Positions 56,048-64,000 of a stretch of DNA of 64,000 nt are shown piece by piece. The first letter of the stretch is position 1; each line of letters starts with the position of its first letter. Position numbers and translations under genes: made by a program. The DNA lies in NCBI GenBank assembly GCA_903870315.1, contig CAIQCJ010000002.1:4820-68819 (forward strand). The letters run 5' to 3'. The notes under the pieces were generated by a model, which was not told where the DNA came from, made no database searches, and saw only the letters and a list, made by a program, of their open reading frames with translations. Origin of the DNA: an uncultured bacterium (GTDB taxonomy: Bacteria; Patescibacteriota; Minisyncoccia; Phycocordibacterales; PALSA-1337).

Positions 56048-59000
56048 TTATATGACAATACTAACTAATTTACATTTTACGACAATAATCTTTTTGACCT
56101 CCTTACCATCGATCCATTTTTTGACTTCGGGAATATTCTTTGCGGATTCTTCCATAGATTTCTTTGCTTTCTCATCACCGATATTTGCTGTGACAATGTC
56201 TATCTCAAAAGATCCGCGGATTTTACCATTTACTTGAACAGCTATAGTAACTGTAGAGTCTACAGCCAACTCTGCTTTGTATATAGGCCAACTTTCTAAG
56301 TGAATCGACCTCTTATTTCCTAAGCCAGACCACAACTCTTCAGTCATATGAGGAGCAAACGGCGCCAAGAGTTTGATCAATGATTCAAACTGCTCTTTGT
56401 TTATACCAGTTTTTTCTAGTTCATTGACTGTGATCATCAGTGTGCTTATGGCAGTGTTGAAATGTATACTAGCTATATCATCTGACACTTTTTTGATGGC
56501 CTTATGAATGATTTTTTCAGATTTAGCATAATTTTCTGGACTAATACCAGTATCTGTATCATTGGTGACTAACTTGTCAGCCAGGCGCCAAACCCTCTCG
56601 ACGAAACGACGAGAGCCGATCATACCATCTGTACTCCAGGAAATCTGTTGATCGAAAGGGCCCATAAACATCTCATATATACGCAAAGTATCGGCTCCAT
56701 AGATATTTACCACGTCAACAGGATCTACAACATTGCCGAAACGTTTGGACATCTTACGACCATCTTCGCCCATAATCAGACCAACGTGTTGAAGTTTTGC
56801 GAAAGGCTCAACAGTCGATACAACACCTATATCATACAAAAACTTATGCCAGAAACGAGCATATATAAGATGACGTGTAGCATGCTCGGCTCCACCAATA
56901 TAGAAGTCTACTGGGGACCAATATTTTTCTATTTTAGGATCAACTAAGGATTTGGCGTTCTTGGGATCCATATAACGTAGGTAATACCAAGATGAGCCGG
57001 CCCATTGAGGCATAGTGTTTGTTTCGCGTTTAGCCTTACGGCCACAAATAGGACATTTCGTATTTACCCACTTATCTATAGTAGCCAATGGAGATTCGCC
57101 TGTTCCAGTCGGTTCATATGACTTAACCTTCGGCAGCTTTACTGGTAAATCTTTTTCTGGTACAGGAACTACGCCACACTTCTCACAGTGTACAAGCGGT
57201 ATCGGTTCCCCCCAATATCGCTGTCTCGAGAAAACCCAGTCGCGAAGCTTGTATTTTGTAACCAATTTACCATGAACAAAATCAGTAATGTCCTTCTTAA
57301 CAGATCCCGATGAACTTCCATCAAATCTACCAGAGTTAACCAGGACACCATCATCTGTATAAGCGCTGTCTCTGTTTGTCTTATCCCAGAAATAAAGAGA
57401 GAAACGGATATCATGTTTAGTCTCATTGAGTTTGGTGATTACAAGTCTACTGTCTACCCATTCGTAGCTATGCTTCTCCAACTCTTCTTCGGCTACTTTT
57501 TTCTGTGATCCACTGTTTAACTTGAACAATACACCGGTTATATGTGTGTCGTGATTCTCGTCCTTCCAAGAAGCAAAGAAGTGTCCGTGTGATTCTCCAA
57601 GTATTCTTTCGAATTTAACATCATCGTAACCAGTCTCTTCCAAGATTTCTCTCTTAGCAGAGGCTACCGAATCTTCACCTTCTTCTATACCACCGGTTAT
57701 AAACGTCTTCCTTGGAGTCTTCTTCCAATTCAAGATCAGATATTTGTCTTCAGACCAGTGTCTGACTATCGCTGTTATAGAAGAACGCTTATTGGTTTTC
57801 TTGAGAAGAACTGGAGCACCGCCAGAAGTGTAATCTTTGAAGTCAGGTATGATGACATTCTTAATCTGCAGACCAAACTTCTGAGCAAAAGCAAAATCTC
57901 TCTCATCATGAGCTGGTACAGCCATAACAGCACCAGTTCCATAGTCAGCCAAAACATAATCCGCTATCCAGACTGGTACTTTTTCTCCGTTGGCTGGATT
58001 GATAACAGAGATGCCCTTAAGCTCAACCCCGGTCTTCTCTTTGGTGGCGTCAGTACGGTCTATCTCAGACTTATTTTTCGTGCGTGAGATATAAGATTCA
58101 ACCTCTACGCGGTTTGTCACAACCTGCAAGAGCTCGGCGACCAATTTGTGTTCTGGTGCGAGTACGACATAAGTCACACCAAAAAGTGTGTCTGGTCTAG
58201 TGGTAAAGACTTCTATGTCTTTGACACTGGCTTTTTTGTCTAAACTTTTCGCTTGTTCTTTTGAGATTTCAATCTCAAACTTCAAAAGAGAGCCCTCTGA
58301 TCTACCTATCCAATCTTTTTGAGATTTAACTATGGAAGCTGGCCAGTCCAGTGCTCTACGACCGCTGGTATCTTTCATGTCGATATCATTAAGCAGACGC
58401 TCGGCATAATCCGTTATCTTGAGAACCCACTGACGAAGTGGTTTCTTCTCTACAGGCGTACCACAACGCTCACAGCGACCATCTTCGACATCTTCGTTGG
58501 CTAACCCAGTCTTACAAGAAGGACACCAGTTTATCGGTTCATATGATTCGTAAGCCAAACCTTTCTTCCATATCTGTAAAAAGATCCACTGTGTCCAATG
58601 ATAATACTTAGGATCAGTAGTATTGATCTCTCTCGACCAATCATAATCACATCCGAGTATCTCCAGCTGTTCTTTGTAATGCACGACATTCTTCTTAACA
58701 GAAACTTCTGGATTGGTCTTAGTCTTAATAGCATAATTCTCTGCAGGTAAACCGAAGGCGTCAAAACCCATAGGATGGAGCACGTTGAAGCCTTGCATAC
58801 GCTTCATCCTAGACACGATATCTGTAGCTATATAACCTTTGGGGTGACCAACATGAAGTCCGACTCCAGACGGATATGGAAACATATCCAAGATATAGTA
58901 TTTCAGCTTGATAGAACTGATTTTCTTGTCGGAGATAACCTCAGATCTATATATCTTACTAGTAGCCCATTTCTTCTGCCATTTTTTCTCGAGCTTTTTG

Positions 59001-59056
59001 TGATCATACAAAGATAAAGACTTGGAAGAGTCTTGATTTGTAGGCATCTTTTTCAT
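56048..59056 (-). CDS. leuS: Leucyl-tRNA synthetase carrying an inserted NUDIX-box domain
   Basis: HIGH (LHVGHPKGY), KMSKS (KMSKRFGN), VPAHDERDFAFAQKFGL block. ~165-aa insertion (residues ~403-568) containing GGIEEGEDSVASAKREILEETGY (GX5EX7REUXEEXGU NUDIX box). Confidence 0.85.
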   Translation of the reverse strand: MKKMPTNQDSSKSLSLYDHKKLEKKWQKKWATSKIYRSEVISDKKISSIKLKYYILDMFPYPSGVGLHVGHPKGYIATDIVSRMKRMQGFNVLHPMGFDAFGLPAENYAIKTKTNPEVSVKKNVVHYKEQLEILGCDYDWSREINTTDPKYYHWTQWIFLQIWKKGLAYESYEPINWCPSCKTGLANEDVEDGRCERCGTPVEKKPLRQWVLKITDYAERLLNDIDMKDTSGRRALDWPASIVKSQKDWIGRSEGSLLKFEIEISKEQAKSLDKKASVKDIEVFTTRPDTLFGVTYVVLAPEHKLVAELLQVVTNRVEVESYISRTKNKSEIDRTDATKEKTGVELKGISVINPANGEKVPVWIADYVLADYGTGAVMAVPAHDERDFAFAQKFGLQIKNVIIPDFKDYTSGGAPVLLKKTNKRSSITAIVRHWSEDKYLILNWKKTPRKTFITGGIEEGEDSVASAKREILEETGYDDVKFERILGESHGHFFASWKDENHDTHITGVLFKLNSGSQKKVAEEELEKHSYEWVDSRLVITKLNETKHDIRFSLYFWDKTNRDSAYTDDGVLVNSGRFDGSSSGSVKKDITDFVHGKLVTKYKLRDWVFSRQRYWGEPIPLVHCEKCGVVPVPEKDLPVKLPKVKSYEPTGTGESPLATIDKWVNTKCPICGRKAKRETNTMPQWAGSSWYYLRYMDPKNAKSLVDPKIEKYWSPVDFYIGGAEHATRHLIYARFWHKFLYDIGVVSTVEPFAKLQHVGLIMGEDGRKMSKRFGNVVDPVDVVNIYGADTLRIYEMFMGPFDQQISWSTDGMIGSRRFVERVWRLADKLVTNDTDTGISPENYAKSEKIIHKAIKKVSDDIASIHFNTAISTLMITVNELEKTGINKEQFESLIKLLAPFAPHMTEELWSGLGNKRSIHLESWPIYKAELAVDSTVTIAVQVNGKIRGSFEIDIVTANIGDEKAKKSMEESAKNIPEVKKWIDGKEVKKIIVVKCKLVSIVI

Positions 59057-59180
59057 AAAGACAATAATAGCTTAAAATAGCTCCAAAAACAAAAGCCCCA
59101 AGGACACACAACCAGATTTGGTGTGCATCCTCAGGGGCCATCCTAGAATCATCAGATTCAACTGATAATATCTTGAATCA

Positions 59181-59915
59181 CTAAGAACTCGACTTCCCAT
59201 CAAACAGCGTCTGACCAACAGGACCTTTCAGTTCCCATTTCCAGCAAGGTTGTGTCATACGTCCAACGATCTGCTTATGATATTCAGAAAAAGAAGCTCT
59301 ATTTGGCTCAAAGTTCTCATGGAACGAGGCTTCATAGACATGATTTTGAGGATCATAATCTATTTTCCAGACACCAAGACTCATGAGATCGAGCACTGAC
59401 TGCGCCCAACCATATGGAAACAACATCTGTTTTCCATCTTCTTCTTCGTTTGGATACTTCAGCTTCCCATCCGCAATAACGTCATCAACTTCATAGTGAA
59501 TATCATCTAGCCGCAGATGATTACGCCGATGACCAAACAGACCCTTGTAGATGTAAGTATATTTTCGTTTGCCAGCATTTTCATCTGGCCGACGACTAGA
59601 CATCAAGAGGCCAAACATGTTCAATATGGAACCATACTTGGTCAAGGTTTCAATATTACCTCGGATGGTGAAAGACCCATCCAATATCTCAAGTGTTTCC
59701 AATGCGCGTTTCTCTAGATCTCCAGCCGTAACATATGTCCAATCCAACATCTTGATGATTGGTTCTGGTATCTCCGATGCTGTATCATGATTAACCGTAA
59801 AATGATGCGGTTGCAATCCCAAAGATTCGCGAGCGATGGATATGGCTTGTGTGTTTGTCGCTATGCTCACTGAGGCTCCTTTGTTGCCAATGTGGCAACT
59901 TGTTTTAAGGATCAT
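59181..59915 (-). CDS. Hypothetical protein (weak metallophosphoesterase-like motifs)
   Basis: 244 aa. GDLEKRA and IRGNIE weakly resemble GDxVDRG/GNHE of PPP phosphatases. Not convincing. Confidence 0.25.
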   Translation of the reverse strand: MILKTSCHIGNKGASVSIATNTQAISIARESLGLQPHHFTVNHDTASEIPEPIIKMLDWTYVTAGDLEKRALETLEILDGSFTIRGNIETLTKYGSILNMFGLLMSSRRPDENAGKRKYTYIYKGLFGHRRNHLRLDDIHYEVDDVIADGKLKYPNEEEDGKQMLFPYGWAQSVLDLMSLGVWKIDYDPQNHVYEASFHENFEPNRASFSEYHKQIVGRMTQPCWKWELKGPVGQTLFDGKSSS

Positions 59916-59988
59916 GGATCACCCGACTCGAAAGAGTCGAAATGGTGTCTGAAGTAAGATTACGCATCTACAGAAAAAAGTCAATTAT

Positions 59989-61101
59989 CTAAATTTTAAA
60001 CTCTATAACCTCTCCATCCTTCACAATATATTCTTTACCTTCTGTACGTATAAGACCTTTCTCACGAGCGGCGGCATATGAGCGTATTGCAAGTAACTTA
60101 TCCCACTCAATGATCTCAGCACGAACAAACTTCTCCTTGAAGTCTCCATGTATGGCTGTACCAGCTTCTGGGGCTGTCCAACCACGCTTGATAGTCCACG
60201 CACGCGTCTCATCCTCACCAGTTGTAAAGTAAGTGATTAGGCCAAGAAGCTCATAACCTTTGCGGATGAGATCATTTACACCATCATCGTGGACACCGAG
60301 TCCTTCACGCATCTCTATCTTATCTTCTGCGTCTAGATCTTTGAGCTCTTGTTCTATACCAGCATCAACTATGACATGGCCAGCTTTTGTCTCACTGAAA
60401 AAATGAATAAGTTTAGTCCAGCGATCATCTTTTACTGTATCACCACCAATCTCATCGAGGTTCTTAGCACCAGCTTTTTTATTCAAGACATATATGAACG
60501 GCTTAGCAGTGATCAAACAGAGTTGCTTAAGAAATGGCGCTTCAAACTCGTCAGCAACTATGGAAGAAGCCAGCTTACCAGCCTCCAGGGCTCTCACCAG
60601 GCGTTCTATCAGACCAGCTTCGATGATAGCTTCTTTCTTACCAGATCTGACTTCTTTGTTAAGATTTGCACTTCTTTTTGTAATGGTCTGTAGGTCAGCT
60701 AGGACAAGCTCTAGATTTATGACTTCTATATCTTTTACAGGATCAATCTTACCATCGACGTGGATGATATTCTGATCTTCGAAGATACGCACAACCTGAG
60801 CGATAGCATCTGTCTCGCGGATATTTGATAGGAATTTATTGCCGAGACCTTCACCTTCTGAAGCACCTTTGACCAATCCAGCAATGTCGACGAATTCCAC
60901 AGCAGCTGGAATGGTCTTGGCAGATACAGAAAATTCACTCAACTTCACTAGACGCTCATCTGGTACTGCAACCACACCTATAGATGGATCAATTGTACAA
61001 AAAGGATAATTCTCAGCGGCAACACTCTTCTTAGTAAGTGCGTTAAAGAGCGTGGATTTACCCACGTTTGGTAGACCAACTATGCCAATACTTAAACTCA
61101 T
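59989..61101 (-). CDS. ychF: Ribosome-binding ATPase YchF (Obg-family GTPase/ATPase)
   Basis: [20 protein letters not shown]1 motif. C-terminal TGS domain. 370 aa. Confidence 0.9.
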   Translation of the reverse strand: MSLSIGIVGLPNVGKSTLFNALTKKSVAAENYPFCTIDPSIGVVAVPDERLVKLSEFSVSAKTIPAAVEFVDIAGLVKGASEGEGLGNKFLSNIRETDAIAQVVRIFEDQNIIHVDGKIDPVKDIEVINLELVLADLQTITKRSANLNKEVRSGKKEAIIEAGLIERLVRALEAGKLASSIVADEFEAPFLKQLCLITAKPFIYVLNKKAGAKNLDEIGGDTVKDDRWTKLIHFFSETKAGHVIVDAGIEQELKDLDAEDKIEMREGLGVHDDGVNDLIRKGYELLGLITYFTTGEDETRAWTIKRGWTAPEAGTAIHGDFKEKFVRAEIIEWDKLLAIRSYAAAREKGLIRTEGKEYIVKDGEVIEFKI

Positions 61102-61207
61102 AATAGAACCACTATATCAGAAGACATGATTCTTACCAAGAAGCTTTTAAGAATTTCTCAAGAAGCTACGAGTAAATACTAAGTGGATATAATGAAGTGA
61201 TAACAGA

Positions 61208-61732
61208 TCACATCCCTGTTGGTCTAGCTAGACGCCAGTTCGTAAGTATCGTGACAAGACTAACAGAGTCCGCGACATTGCGGGCATTTGTCCAAGTGAC
61301 TGTGCTGGTGACAGTCGCGTATGAGGCACTGGTAAATGGTGCACTAGACGGGCTCAGAGATAGTCTGATCGATCTATGGAATTTAGTATCGACTGTGCTC
61401 GAAGAATTTCCATTAAAATACCAGAACGATGTACCGGACACGCTACTAGTAGCCAGACCACAAGGTCCTGGTATACAAGAGCTAAATGGAACGGAAAAAG
61501 CTGTATTGTCTGTGGTAGAGGCGTTTGTACCAAAGTCCCTAATGTTGCCGACTGCCTCTATACCCTCTCGAGCGATCTGTACGGCTTCTAACTTGTCTAG
61601 ATCTATACGAGTAGAAGTATTCGCATCCACAAGCAAATTCCCGGCAACTATAGAACCTATGGCGAATATTGCTATAGCCAAAACTAGTTCCATAAGACTA
61701 AATCCTCTCTTTGTAAAAATTTTTCTATTCAT
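61208..61732 (-). CDS. Type IV pilin / pseudopilin-like protein
   Basis: N-terminal KRGFSLMELVLAIAIFAIGSIV prepilin cleavage/methylation motif. Confidence 0.6.
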   Translation of the reverse strand: MNRKIFTKRGFSLMELVLAIAIFAIGSIVAGNLLVDANTSTRIDLDKLEAVQIAREGIEAVGNIRDFGTNASTTDNTAFSVPFSSCIPGPCGLATSSVSGTSFWYFNGNSSSTVDTKFHRSIRLSLSPSSAPFTSASYATVTSTVTWTNARNVADSVSLVTILTNWRLARPTGM

Positions 61733-61753
61733 AGAGTTTCATAAAATATAATA

Positions 61754-62251
61754 TCAATTCTCAACTACTGTTCCAAGATTGTCTAGAGTCAGAGTTTTTG
61801 TCAGACCATTCCAAACTATAGATATGGTACCAGTGGCTGTCGGTGTACCTGTATGCTTAGCAAATCCGATCTCGTTCATCGGTGTTGGAAAAGTTATATA
61901 TGTACCAGCCAAAAGCTGGTATTGGTCATCTGCCAAAGTATTGTGAGAAGAACAAGCTGTACCGGTCGTACCAGCATATAGAGCATAAGAAGCAGTGGTT
62001 GTACCAGTAGACCAGAAAACATTATTGAGACACAGTCCGTAAGCGCTATCATTCTTCTGCGTGACCGCCTGACTTCTAGCACGAGTCAAAGAATCACCAA
62101 GCTGACCCTGCATACCAGTGATGGTCTGACTATTGTAAAACTGTATACCAAGTGGAGCCGTTACAAGAGACACCACCGATATTACAGCGATGACGATGAT
62201 CATCTCTATGAGAGTAAAACCGGATCTATGAGCTGATCTTGTGTAGTACAT
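61754..62251 (-). CDS. Type IV pilin / pseudopilin-like protein
   Basis: N-terminal RSGFTLIEMIIVIAVISV class III signal peptide. Confidence 0.65.
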   Translation of the reverse strand: MYYTRSAHRSGFTLIEMIIVIAVISVVSLVTAPLGIQFYNSQTITGMQGQLGDSLTRARSQAVTQKNDSAYGLCLNNVFWSTGTTTASYALYAGTTGTACSSHNTLADDQYQLLAGTYITFPTPMNEIGFAKHTGTPTATGTISIVWNGLTKTLTLDNLGTVVEN

Positions 62252-62305
62252 ATATAAATAAGATTATATCACACAGAAACAATATGAGATTAACTATATA
62301 TGAGA

Positions 62306-63358
62306 CTATCCCAAACTACCAGTAAGTTTGTAGATTGGTAGGATGATAGACAAAGCTAGAGTCGCAACGGCCACACCAATAATGACAAGCAATACTGGTT
62401 CTATGACTACCGGTAGACGCTTGGTCTTGATGTTAATCTCTTTTGTATAATAATCCGCCAGGTTTGTGAATGATTCTTGCAAAGATCCAGAGTTCTCTCC
62501 GACAGAAAGAAGGTTGACGAAGTTGGGAGGATAAAGTATAGGATACAACTTCACAGTTTCCGTTACAGAGACTCCATTCAAAAGTCTGCTCCTAATATCG
62601 GTCAATGCTTTCTTATAATACAGGTTACCTGTTCCGACAAAGGCTATCTCCAAAGATTCATCTAGAGTCAACCCTGACCTCAAAAGTGTAGCCAAAAGTT
62701 GACTGAACAAAGCTAGTTGATAGTCGCGTATCATGTCACCGATAAAACCAAGATGTATGGTCACGGTGTCTATTACCATTTTTACTGGTTTGAGGCGCTT
62801 GAGTACTTGAAATATGACTGAGACCAAAATTATACCGAAAAGTACATACATCCAATACGACTGCAAGAAAACCGACGCATCTAAGATGAACTGGGTTATC
62901 CAAGGCAACTGTACGTGCAGACTAGAGAACATGGGAACAAGCTTAGGTAATATAAATACAGCCAAACCACCACCAAGCACAACCGTAGCTGCTATGACAA
63001 GCTTAGGATATAGAGTCACTGAACTGATCTCTTTTCTCAAGTTACTATCACGACTCAACCACTCCGCCAAAAAGTCTAGATTTTCCGGTAAAGATCCTGA
63101 GAGTTCTCCGGCACGCACCAAGCTAGTGACGACAGTGCCAAAACGGCTGTTACTGTTCGACATGGCCGTATATAGCGAGACACCTTTTGACAAGTGATCT
63201 CGTAATTCCGATAGAGTTTTTTTCAGATTTGATGAACGTGCCTGGCTAGCCAATGATAAGATAGCTTCATCTATAGAGACGCCTCCACGTAAAAGCACAG
63301 ACAAGTTTTTGGCAAACTCGACCTGGTCCTCAAGTTGTAGTGTTGTCTTGAATGTCAT
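62306..63358 (-). CDS. Type II secretion / type IV pilus platform protein (GspF/PilC family)
   Basis: Two T2SSF-type repeats, three TM segments. Adjacent to GspE-like ATPase. Confidence 0.8.
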   Translation of the reverse strand: MTFKTTLQLEDQVEFAKNLSVLLRGGVSIDEAILSLASQARSSNLKKTLSELRDHLSKGVSLYTAMSNSNSRFGTVVTSLVRAGELSGSLPENLDFLAEWLSRDSNLRKEISSVTLYPKLVIAATVVLGGGLAVFILPKLVPMFSSLHVQLPWITQFILDASVFLQSYWMYVLFGIILVSVIFQVLKRLKPVKMVIDTVTIHLGFIGDMIRDYQLALFSQLLATLLRSGLTLDESLEIAFVGTGNLYYKKALTDIRSRLLNGVSVTETVKLYPILYPPNFVNLLSVGENSGSLQESFTNLADYYTKEINIKTKRLPVVIEPVLLVIIGVAVATLALSIILPIYKLTGSLG

Positions 63359-63398
63359 GTGAATATGCCTACTATCCCGGAGTTCTTACTCACCTAGA

Positions 63399-64000
63399 CT
63401 AGTTGGTAAGTCCCAGTATCTCTTCAAATGTTGTCAGTCCTTTGAATACCAATCCGACTCCATTGTAGAACATAGGAATCATACCATTTTCTGCGGCTTT
63501 TGACTCTATAGATGAGGCTGACGACTTCTTGATAATAAGGTCTCTTATATCATCGTCGATCTCCATGACTTCAAATATACCCATACGGCCCATATATCCA
63601 GTATGGTTACAGTTCTTACAACCAGTTCCTTTATAAAGTTTCAAGTCTTCTATACGCTGACCTGGAAAATGTTTCGACATAAGTGTATTAAACTCTGGAG
63701 TATCCTTTATACGTTTTATCTCTGAGAGATTTTCTGGATGAGGTGGATACAAGATCTTGCAATATGAACAAACCTTTCTTACAAGTCTCTGTGCTATGAC
63801 AACATTCACCGAGGAAGCCACAAGGAAAGGCTCAACTCCCATTTCTGAAAGGCGTGGGAAAATAGTGGCGGCGTCGTTGGCATGCATAGTCGAGAGTAGC
63901 ATATGTCCGGTCATGGCTGCATTCACGGCGATAGAAGCTGTCTCATTATCACGAATCTCACCAACCATAATTACGTCTGGGTCTTGGCGAACGATCTCAC
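63399..64000 (-). CDS. Type II secretion / type IV pilus assembly ATPase (GspE/PilB family), N-terminus outside window
   Basis: Its C-terminal ~190 aa lie in the window: [33 protein letters not shown] (His box), tetracysteine CSYCK ... CKNCNHTG. Open frame continues to window end. Confidence 0.8.
   Translation of the reverse strand, partial: EIVRQDPDVIMVGEIRDNETASIAVNAAMTGHMLLSTMHANDAATIFPRLSEMGVEPFLVASSVNVVIAQRLVRKVCSYCKILYPPHPENLSEIKRIKDTPEFNTLMSKHFPGQRIEDLKLYKGTGCKNCNHTGYMGRMGIFEVMEIDDDIRDLIIKKSSASSIESKAAENGMIPMFYNGVGLVFKGLTTFEEILGLTN

Noticed and set aside
1-64000. CRISPR arrays / rRNA genes
   Set aside because: No regularly spaced direct repeats and no rRNA-like conserved blocks seen anywhere in the window.

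Overview
The window has two parts. Bases 1 to about 26,700 are all + strand and look like the right-hand portion of an integrated siphovirus-type prophage, with its left end outside the window.

Prophage gene order: head morphogenesis (Mu F/SPP1 gp7-like), HK97-family prohead protease, major capsid, head-tail connector, major tail protein, a tail assembly chaperone pair (G/GT) with a textbook -1 frameshift site, tape measure, distal tail and glycine-rich fibre proteins, then a holin/endolysin lysis cassette. A roughly 11 kb cargo block follows: a Fic protein, a Type III restriction-modification pair (mod/res), a SIR2-like plus HerA-like ATPase pair (SIR2-HerA-type anti-phage system), a Cas4-like PD-(D/E)XK nuclease, a T5orf172/DUF4357 protein, a small acidic protein and an SppA/S49-type membrane peptidase. 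The block ends with a tyrosine integrase plus a small HTH gene, which are flanked by a repeated TGTGGGAG promoter-embedded motif.

From about 27.2 kb to the end is compact, mostly minus-strand host core genome: M23 peptidase, gltX, murG, ftsW, scpBA, trpS, the dnaJ-dnaK-grpE region, the rpsI/rplM and rplQ/rpoA/rpsD/rpsK/rpsM/rpmJ/infA clusters, alaS, mnmA, mltG, leuS, ychF and type IV pilin/GspF/GspE genes. Very short intergenic spacers, about 40% GC and the gene content suggest a small-genome, possibly CPR/Patescibacteria-like bacterium (inference only).

Two host-side oddities stand out. LeuS carries an inserted NUDIX-box domain. A promoter and terminator bracket about 175 nt of + strand between dnaK and grpE with no ORF, a candidate small RNA. 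No CRISPR array, rRNA or tRNA was recognised.
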